From the UHGV virus genome UHGV-0824613: a stretch of 46,515 nt of DNA; one strand, given 5' to 3'. The notes under the pieces are model-generated. The model saw nothing but the letters and a program-made list of their open reading frames with translations, was not told where the DNA came from and searched no databases. Positions 40,019-46,515 of this stretch are shown one piece after another (position 1 is the first letter of the stretch; the number at the start of each line of letters is the position of its first letter). The stretch comes from a virus. Both the position numbers and the translations under genes were made by a program.

Positions 40019-41432
40019 ACGCCTGTCCGCTCTGGCAATCGAAAAACTGGAAGCGCAGATTGATGATGCAATGACCGAAGTCGCCGAGTCCGCCATCTTT
40101 GGCATCTGCGACACGCAGAAGAACGTCATTAAGCGGTTAAGGATGACTGCCACTGGCGTTGATGACGTGACCAATGCAACCACTCATGCCGACCACCTAA
40201 TTCCGGCAAAACTTGAGCGACTGCTTTACCCGAAGCGTTTTAAGTTTGTCTACGGTGGTCGTGGGTCAGGGAAGACGAGAACGATTATCACCATCCTTAC
40301 CGAGCGAGCAAGGTTTCGACCTGATCGCTTTGCATGCTTTCGTGAGATTCAGCAATCCATTGAAGACTCAAGCTATCAGGAATTGTGCGACGAAATAGCG
40401 CGTAAGGGTGAATCGGCAGAGTTTCGCGTTATCAATAATGAGATAACTCACAAAAAGACTAAGGCTAAATTTCGCTTTAAGGGGTTGTATCGCAACCAGA
40501 CTACAGTTAAGGGTTTTGCTGGCATTACCGTTGGCTGGGTGGAGGAAGCAGAGAACGTCAGCCAGACAAGCTGGGATATTCTTGTGCCTACCATCCGTGC
40601 TGCCAATTCCGAATTGTGGTGCTCATTTAACCCCAACAAAGATACAGACCCAACATGGAAAAACTGGATTGCCCCATATCACTCACAGGTGGTTGATGGC
40701 ATATTCGAAAACGATGAAATTCTGATTATCGAATGTAACTATTCAGACAACCCGTGGTTCTGGGACACTCCCCTGCCGTCCGCCATGGAGCAAATGAAGC
40801 GCGTCGACTTCGATCGCTACATGTGGATTTGGGAAGGAAAATTTAACAAGCGCAGTGACGAGCAGGTCTTTGGCGGCAAATGGCGCATTGATAACTTTGA
40901 TGTCAAACCTGAATGGCATGGGCCATATTTCGGGATGGACTTCGGGTTTTCCACCGATCCTACCGCAATGGTTGAGGTTTACATCGAAGAGTTACCAGGT
41001 GGGCGACGCAACATTTATATTAATCGCGAGTACGGCAAGGTTGGACTTGAGATTACCGATACGCCAACCGCGATGGAGCAATCATTCCCGATGGCTAAGC
41101 GCGCAAGATGGTATGCCGACTGCGCGCGACCTGAAACTATCAGCCACATCAAGCGTTCTGGATTCGATATTCATCCATGCACAAAATGGCCGGGAAGCGT
41201 TGAGGATGGCGTGACATGGCTTCGTGGCTGTGACAGCATCATTATCCACGAGCGATGCAAGGAAATGCAGAATGAAGCGGCAATGTACAGCTACAAGGTT
41301 GATAAGCTGACAGGGAATGTGCTCACGGATATTGTTGATGCATATAACCACTACTGGGATGCGGTTCGCTACGCCCTAAATGACCACATCGTTCAGCGCG
41401 GCAGCGGAATGCTAATCCGTCGCCGACGATAA
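40008..41432 (+). CDS. terminase large subunit
   Basis: ATPase Walker A GGRGSGKT, then a nuclease domain. 475 aa. Followed by terminator 41436..41460. Confidence 0.85.
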   Translation: MARKRLSALAIEKLEAQIDDAMTEVAESAIFGICDTQKNVIKRLRMTATGVDDVTNATTHADHLIPAKLERLLYPKRFKFVYGGRGSGKTRTIITILTERARFRPDRFACFREIQQSIEDSSYQELCDEIARKGESAEFRVINNEITHKKTKAKFRFKGLYRNQTTVKGFAGITVGWVEEAENVSQTSWDILVPTIRAANSELWCSFNPNKDTDPTWKNWIAPYHSQVVDGIFENDEILIIECNYSDNPWFWDTPLPSAMEQMKRVDFDRYMWIWEGKFNKRSDEQVFGGKWRIDNFDVKPEWHGPYFGMDFGFSTDPTAMVEVYIEELPGGRRNIYINREYGKVGLEITDTPTAMEQSFPMAKRARWYADCARPETISHIKRSGFDIHPCTKWPGSVEDGVTWLRGCDSIIIHERCKEMQNEAAMYSYKVDKLTGNVLTDIVDAYNHYWDAVRYALNDHIVQRGSGMLIRRRR

Positions 41433-41460
41433 AAATAAAGCCCTCATCTGAGGGCTACTT

Positions 41461-41613
41461 TCATTTAATCAATGCTCGTCGACCAAGTTCAGCAATCCAT
41501 TCCGCCGCATCCTCTATTTTGTTGAACTCATAAAGATGCTTGCCGTCTTCCATGACATAAAACAGAATGCGACCAAATTTATTTTTCTTTGCGCTAAATT
41601 TAACATCTTTCAT
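41461..41613 (-). CDS. small hypothetical protein (50 aa)
   Basis: Strong GGAAGGAG SD. MKDVKFSAKKNKFGRILFYVMEDGKHLYEFNKIEDAAEWIAELGRRALIK. Not in the ORF track. Confidence 0.45.
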   Translation of the reverse strand: MKDVKFSAKKNKFGRILFYVMEDGKHLYEFNKIEDAAEWIAELGRRALIK

Positions 41614-41765
41614 ATTTTCACTCCTTCCGTTTCATGAGTTCAATCTACATCACAAGCATATCCACGTCAACATTTATTGTTGTTGATAAATCTGCATCAC
41701 CACACTTGACCAATCTACACCGAGCGCATAGTATAATCTACATCAGGCTTACCGGAGATATCACT
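41614..41765. promoter_or_regulatory. divergent promoter region with five motif copies
   Basis: tcaatctacatcac (41640-41653), tccacgtcaac (41661-41671), aaatctgcatcac (41688-41700), ccaatctacaccg (41710-41722), aatctacatcagg (41745-41757), TATAAT (41743-41748). Confidence 0.5.
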
Positions 41766-41972
41766 ATGCGCAGCTATGCAGGATTTACACAGGAGGAAAA
41801 AGAACAGGTTTATTCACTGGCGCGGGCTGGCGTGCCTGATGAGGTGATTTGCCGTCGGTATGATATCGACGAGGACTTCCTGCTGCGTGTTATTGATGAC
41901 GTTTTCGTTAACCTGCAAGAGAAGCGAGGATATAAGGGTATCTGCTGCAAGAATGATTTTTTGAGAGGGTGA
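41766..41972 (+). CDS. small HTH-like protein
   Basis: GGAGA SD. MRSYAGFTQEEKEQVYSLARAGVPDEVICRRYDIDEDFL... Confidence 0.45.
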   Translation: MRSYAGFTQEEKEQVYSLARAGVPDEVICRRYDIDEDFLLRVIDDVFVNLQEKRGYKGICCKNDFLRG

Positions 41973-41976
41973 TTTG

Positions 41977-42138
41977 ATGGTTATCGAAAAAACAAATGAA
42001 TGCCATAGTCTGTATATAAATACAGAACGAGTAATCAACTTAAGGCAATGTGACGACTGGGTTCAGCTTGACAAAAACCAAGCTTCGCAACTAATCGAAG
42101 TCCTGCAACGCTGGGTAAATGGCGAGGAGATTGAGTGA
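41977..42138 (+). CDS. small hypothetical protein (53 aa)
   Basis: GAGAGGGTGA SD. Confidence 0.35.
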   Translation: MVIEKTNECHSLYINTERVINLRQCDDWVQLDKNQASQLIEVLQRWVNGEEIE

Positions 42139-42218
42139 TGATGAATACCAAGCAAAGATACATGATGGGGTATCCCGGCTGACAGAAAGAGACTGTCAGT
42201 GATTTTCTTGATGAGAAA

Positions 42219-42368
42219 ATGCTGGCAGACATGGTTTATGGCTTATTGTGCCTACTGCTACTCATCTCTTTCCCTGTTTCAATGCCGATAGTTGCTGCAA
42301 TAAGAATGATAGTAACCAAGCGGAATATGAGAAAACAGTATAGTAGCGATGAACTGATGGGAGATTGA
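42219..42368 (+). CDS. small membrane protein (49 aa)
   Basis: MLADMVYGLLCLLLLISFPVSMPIVAAIRMIVTK... Confidence 0.3.
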   Translation: MLADMVYGLLCLLLLISFPVSMPIVAAIRMIVTKRNMRKQYSSDELMGD

Positions 42369-42371
42369 GTG

Positions 42372-42578
42372 ATGCGCGTTTATTTTTACTGCGGACACAT
42401 TGAGCGGCAAGGAAGTGTGGCGAGCGTCGGTAGTTTCTGCGGATTGTCTATTGGCACTGATGCAGTTAGCGCATATGAGGATGCAATGAGAGCGCAGGTG
42501 AAAGAAATTCAGTCAATAACTGAAAGTGGTGCTTTCAATCTTTCTGTTATTTTTGACAAATTCGAAAAGGTGGAGTGA
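42372..42578 (+). CDS. hypothetical protein
   Basis: 68-aa ORF with ATGA overlap. Confidence 0.45.
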   Translation: MRVYFYCGHIERQGSVASVGSFCGLSIGTDAVSAYEDAMRAQVKEIQSITESGAFNLSVIFDKFEKVE

Positions 42579-42796
42579 TGAAAGCAATCAAAACAATCCT
42601 GTTCGGCATCATCAATCCGCATCTGATTGTGATGCTAATCTTAGCTGCCATGCTTCTTGGTGCAAGAAAGTCGCTTTATTATATTTCCGACAAGCTGGAT
42701 GATGCGGCGCGTTATATTCAGAAGGTTGATCGCAAACTCTGTGCGAAGTCATATCCCGCATGGTTCCGGTCACTGGTTGATGAAAAGGTGGAGTGA
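42575..42796 (+). CDS. membrane-anchored hypothetical protein
   Basis: N-terminal TM (ILFGIINPHLIVMLILAAMLLGA). Confidence 0.45.
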   Translation: MMKAIKTILFGIINPHLIVMLILAAMLLGARKSLYYISDKLDDAARYIQKVDRKLCAKSYPAWFRSLVDEKVE

Positions 42797-42987
42797 TGAC
42801 AAGAAAAGAGGTCCACGAATATTCTATTGCAGCCAGGAAGCGCGTCGAAGATGTATGGAATAATCATGGATTACGCAGTAATAGAGCTAAATTGGTTGCA
42901 AGATGCCATCAGGTCGTAAGTGGTGACAGGATTGAGTGTTACGCGTTTAATCAGTGGATGAAGTCTGGTGTTGTTGATAAGGAATAA
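42793..42987 (+). CDS. hypothetical protein
   Basis: 64-aa ORF. Terminator-like hairpin 43041..43065 follows. Confidence 0.45.
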   Translation: MMTRKEVHEYSIAARKRVEDVWNNHGLRSNRAKLVARCHQVVSGDRIECYAFNQWMKSGVVDKE

Positions 42988-43073
42988 TTACATCAGCATT
43001 GCTCGCATCATAATCAGCGCTACCATCATGCTATAATCCCATCCAATGTGATGGGATTTTTTATTGGTGACAT

Positions 43074-44486
43074 ATGTCCAAGATTGATGCATTAAACGCT
43101 TATATACGCGACCGCGTGGCGAACAATAGCAGGGCGCTTCAGCAACAACGGCTTTGTGCTGGCGGGAAGAATCTCGACCAGAAGCACGACAGGCTTTGGC
43201 AGGAATGCGGCTACCCGCAGGAAATCACAGCCGAGATGTTCCGCTATGCCTACGAGCGACATCCAGCCGCCGCCGCTGGCATTAACCGCATTATTAACAA
43301 ATGCTGGCAGAAGTACCCTGAAGTGGTTGAAGATGGAGAGGACGACAAGAACTCAACGTCGTGGGAGTTGTCCATCAACGACATGATGAAGCGCGCATAT
43401 CCGTTCATCAAGGAGGCTGACAAGCGCAACGCCATCAACCGCTATTCCGCTGTTATCCTGCAAATCCGCGATGGCAAGCAATGGAGTGAGCCGGTAGACG
43501 TCACCAAAACCCGCCGCATTAAAGATAAATCCATTGTTCGCTTTATTCCTGTATGGGAAGAGCAGCTACGCGTCAGCGCGTGGAATAACGACGAAACCAG
43601 CGAAGACTACGGAATGCCTGAGATGTACGAGTATCAGGAAAGCGCCGTGGAAGATTTCGACAGCGACGGCAAGCCTGAACGTTCCGTGCAGATTCATCCT
43701 GACCGCATTATCATTCTGGCTGAGGGTAGCTTTGACGGCAGCATGTTCAGCGGCATCCCGATGTTGCGTGCTGGCTACAACAGCCTCATCGACATGGCGA
43801 AAGTTTCCGGTAGCTCCGCAGAAGGATTCCTGAAGAACGCCAGCCGCCAACTGGCTGTTAACTACACTAAGGATAACGTAACTCCAGCAAGCCTCGCTCA
43901 GTCTATGGGTGTCGATATTGAAGAACTCACCGACATCATGAATGAGAACATTGAGGCGCTGAACTCAGGTATCGACGCAGCCATGTTTACAATGGGCGCG
44001 GATGCAAAAGTTCTCGCCGTTACGCCATCTGACCCGAAGCCAACATGGGAGGTCGCTGCAAACCAGTTCGCTGCATCAATGGCGCTTCCGTTCACCGTTA
44101 TTTTTGGGCAGCAAACAGGACGCCTTGCGAGCGATGAAGACAAGATGCAGGAGGCGATGACCGCCAAGCAGCGCCGTGAAACGTGGGTTGATTATGTCAT
44201 ATCAATGTTCGTTGAGCGCATGATTCAGTTAGGCATTGTCGATAAAGCCCCGGCAAATGGCTACAAGGTCAAGTGGGATGATCTGCTTGCGCCATCTGAA
44301 CTGGATAAAGCTGAATTGCTGTCTAAGCTCGCCACAGCGAACAAATCGTTCTTTGATGCTGGTCAATCTGCATTGCTGACCGTCGATGAAGCTCGCGGCA
44401 TGGTCGGTATGGAGCCAATTGAACTTGATGAAAGTTATCGCGAAGACACGCCACCGGAAGACGAAAATGAAGATACTCTGGTTTAA
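43074..44486 (+). CDS. portal protein
   Basis: 470 aa with an acidic C-terminus. Lies between TerL and the head-morphogenesis gene. Confidence 0.75.
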   Translation: MSKIDALNAYIRDRVANNSRALQQQRLCAGGKNLDQKHDRLWQECGYPQEITAEMFRYAYERHPAAAAGINRIINKCWQKYPEVVEDGEDDKNSTSWELSINDMMKRAYPFIKEADKRNAINRYSAVILQIRDGKQWSEPVDVTKTRRIKDKSIVRFIPVWEEQLRVSAWNNDETSEDYGMPEMYEYQESAVEDFDSDGKPERSVQIHPDRIIILAEGSFDGSMFSGIPMLRAGYNSLIDMAKVSGSSAEGFLKNASRQLAVNYTKDNVTPASLAQSMGVDIEELTDIMNENIEALNSGIDAAMFTMGADAKVLAVTPSDPKPTWEVAANQFAASMALPFTVIFGQQTGRLASDEDKMQEAMTAKQRRETWVDYVISMFVERMIQLGIVDKAPANGYKVKWDDLLAPSELDKAELLSKLATANKSFFDAGQSALLTVDEARGMVGMEPIELDESYREDTPPEDENEDTLV

Positions 44487-45417
44487 CGCAAGGCTGCCAC
44501 AGCCGCGCATATCGCAGAGTCTGACCGACCCGTTAGGCGCTGCAACTCGCCTGTCGAAGATGGATAAGGTGATAACGCGCAAATACAAGCAACTCAGGAC
44601 TCGTGCGCTTGAGTTGTTTCGCACCATTCCAGGTAGTCAGACCAATGCAGAATCAAGCGGTCTGTATTTCTACGATTTCAGTAGTGCGCGTGCAGCCACA
44701 TTCATGGATGAGCTGCAGGCGCTGATTGATGAGATTCTGCTGGAAGGTGATGATTTTGGTCACGGCAGGATGTGGGCTAACGTGTTCATCGGTGATGCGT
44801 ATCAGGCCGGAACACAGAAAGCTAACTCTGAGCTATCAAGTCTGTCTCCGGTTTATGCCGAGCAGAGGCCGATTGCCACGATACTCTACAGTGAGCCATA
44901 CCTTAACAGGCTGCAATTGTCCTATGCGGCAGGGTACAGCGACTGGAGCGGATTGAGTGATTATTCCCGCCAGCAACTGGCATCCGTCATTATGGAGGGC
45001 ATTGCTCGTGGCGCTAATCCTCGCGATGTTGAAGCTGATATTGTCAAACGTGTTGAGGTGTCACACAGCTACGCTAAGCAGCTGGCGCAAACAGAAATCA
45101 CCGGAACGCTGCGTCAGGCTAACAGAAGAGAAGTCATTGAGGCGCGCGAAGAGTTAGGTATTGAGACGGTGATGTTGTGGCAGTCGGCGCTGATGAAATC
45201 AACGAGGGCTTGGCATGCGTCACGGCATGGTAAGTTCTACACGCCCGAAGAAATTGACACGTTCTATAGCGAAGTTGCGAACCGAAGGAATTGCCATTGC
45301 GCCCAAATTCCAGCATTGTTAATGACTGGTAAGCCAGTCATTCTTGAGTCATCGCAAGAAAGGCTTGATAAGCAGCGTGAAGCATGGCAAGCAGCAAACA
45401 AAAAGCCCTCTAAGTGA
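44467..45417 (+). CDS. head morphogenesis protein (SPP1 gp7 / Mu F-like)
   Basis: ATG at 44467 ([10 protein letters not shown]...). C-terminal ...[10 protein letters not shown]... as in Mu F-like proteins. Terminator hairpin overlaps the stop (45402..45428). Confidence 0.7.
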   Translation: MKILWFNARLPQPRISQSLTDPLGAATRLSKMDKVITRKYKQLRTRALELFRTIPGSQTNAESSGLYFYDFSSARAATFMDELQALIDEILLEGDDFGHGRMWANVFIGDAYQAGTQKANSELSSLSPVYAEQRPIATILYSEPYLNRLQLSYAAGYSDWSGLSDYSRQQLASVIMEGIARGANPRDVEADIVKRVEVSHSYAKQLAQTEITGTLRQANRREVIEAREELGIETVMLWQSALMKSTRAWHASRHGKFYTPEEIDTFYSEVANRRNCHCAQIPALLMTGKPVILESSQERLDKQREAWQAANKKPSK

Positions 45418-45500
45418 GGGCTTTGTTTTATCTTATCAGCATGCACAGAACAAATATTATTATCGCATAGCACAATATCTCTACGACGCTGAATATGGTT

Positions 45501-46085
45501 TTAATCATCCAGTTTCACGCCGGGAATCTTGCCTGCTGCGATGGCTTCATAAATTAGCTTGGCCTCACCATCGCGCTTGTAATCTTGAGCTACCATTTCT
45601 AATACCGCGCAGATAGATTCAAGTACAGCCTCATGCTTCCTTTCTGATTCTGTGCGGAGTGGGCGGAACTGCGGTTTGTCGATGATGATATCCTTTGCTA
45701 TTTCCGTGCCCTGCTCTACGCCGAGTATTTTAGTTATTCCATAAATAACAACCAGTTGGTCTGACGCATATTTAATTGTTACCGGATACCACTCACCGTT
45801 GTCGTCGCGATACTCACACTCACACCCCACTGGCGGTAGGCCTTCTCCGTTCCATGCGGGCTTTTGCGATGCTGCTAGTGCGGATTCGTATTGGTCCTTG
45901 CTAATTTCAATGTCATTATCTTCCACTTCAGAATCCATCTCAATGCACCATTCTGACGGACAATCACCATTGGCATCAATGAAGTACAGCGTGGTGTTGC
46001 TGCATAAAAAACCAGCCTCCACCGCACCATCAGGCCACCCACCACGCTTAGGCAATTCTTGAACTAACAGGTCGATAAGTTTCAT
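45501..46085 (-). CDS. hypothetical protein
   Basis: 194-aa acidic, Cys-containing ORF. Confidence 0.5.
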   Translation of the reverse strand: MKLIDLLVQELPKRGGWPDGAVEAGFLCSNTTLYFIDANGDCPSEWCIEMDSEVEDNDIEISKDQYESALAASQKPAWNGEGLPPVGCECEYRDDNGEWYPVTIKYASDQLVVIYGITKILGVEQGTEIAKDIIIDKPQFRPLRTESERKHEAVLESICAVLEMVAQDYKRDGEAKLIYEAIAAGKIPGVKLDD

Positions 46086-46306
46086 TTTGTTTCTCCATCA
46101 AAAAGGATTTCTTTGTATTCATCACTAACTTCATATGCTTTATTTAGTTCAAATACCTCATAGGAGTTTTGACCACCTTCTCGCCATGAGTGTTTGTCAT
46201 TTAGTTTTGCGGCAACAGCGTCGGCTTCATGCTTGTGTGGATAAATAGCAACGACATTTGATGAGACGCAGCATTCGATACAACCAACATTAAATACAAG
46301 CCACAT
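46082..46306 (-). CDS. hypothetical protein
   Basis: 74-aa ORF with ATGA overlap. Confidence 0.5.
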   Translation of the reverse strand: MWLVFNVGCIECCVSSNVVAIYPHKHEADAVAAKLNDKHSWREGGQNSYEVFELNKAYEVSDEYKEILFDGETK

Positions 46307-46308
46307 AA

Positions 46309-46515
46309 TTATTCTCCCAACGCTTTATTGACCGCCGCGCGCGCATTATCCAGAGCGCGGCGCTTGCTTGATGTTGTCCAGACTTTGCCTGAGTTGTCGT
46401 CGTAGATTTCCAGTAGTTGCTGGAGTGCTGAGAGCAAATATGGTGATGCTGCGATTAATTTTGCGTTATGCCATTGTTCGGTTTTATCACCGTTATATGT
46501 TGGAGTGAATGCAAT
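46309..46515 (-). CDS. C-terminal part of junction-spanning small protein (continues from 1..90)
   Basis: Reads in frame from 46515: IAFTPTYNGDKTEQWHNAKLIAASPYLLSALQQLLEIYDDNSGKVWTTSSKRRALDNARAAVNKALGE*. There is no start codon inside the window. Confidence 0.6.
   Translation of the reverse strand: MAFTPTYNGDKTEQWHNAKLIAASPYLLSALQQLLEIYDDNSGKVWTTSSKRRALDNARAAVNKALGE

Overview
The window looks like one complete, circularly closed (permuted) genome of a tailed dsDNA phage of enterobacterial type, about 46.5 kb. The architecture is Jersey/T1-like siphovirus. No integrase was recognised. Gene density is high, with ATGA and 4-nt overlaps, SD-like RBS, and many GC-hairpin+T-run terminators.

Modules, in window coordinates:
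- A minus-strand operon that runs across the window junction (45501..46515 joined to 1..398).
- A lysis cassette at 503..1943: a GH24 lysozyme C-terminal remnant, a lambda-R-like endolysin, a putative holin, and Rz/Rz1 spanins.
- Small early genes (1985..6243), including an HNH-AP2 endonuclease and a Lar-family anti-restriction candidate.
- A free-standing homing-endonuclease-like gene (6257..7654, minus).
- Head, tail and tail-tip genes (7692..28436): scaffold/protease-like protein, major capsid protein (MCP), connectors, major tail protein, tape measure protein (TMP), lambda M/L/K/I-J-like tip proteins, and a beta-helix tailspike with a C-terminal S74 intramolecular chaperone.
- A minus-strand replication/recombination module (28547..37082): host-like SSB, AAA_24 ATPase, PD-(D/E)XK exonuclease, VRR-NUC, SF2 helicase with C-terminal Zn-ribbons, divergent primase, ASCH, DUF3987-like protein, and an AP2-domain protein.
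- A large non-coding hub (37083..37548).
- Small early genes, then the putative small terminase (TerS), large terminase (TerL), portal and head morphogenesis genes (37549..45417).

Points worth follow-up:
1. A gene reads through the window ends in frame, so the record is a closed genome.
2. A roughly 11-nt motif AATCTACRTCA recurs about 15 times in eight intergenic regions.
3. A 466-bp non-coding hub carries two GTGGGGCA-N7-TGCCCCAC hairpins and CCCCAC iterons flanking an AT-rich core.
4. tRNA-like elements (T-arm and acceptor signatures) lie in a 630-bp non-coding gap of the tail module.
5. A truncated DnaN (beta-clamp) homolog and a ParB-like protein sit in an antisense accessory island inside the structural module.
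6. Two homing-endonuclease-like genes share a tandem Zn-ribbon module but carry different nuclease domains.
7. Antisense moron operons are inserted in the tail module.

All family assignments are by eye from remembered motifs. No searches were run.
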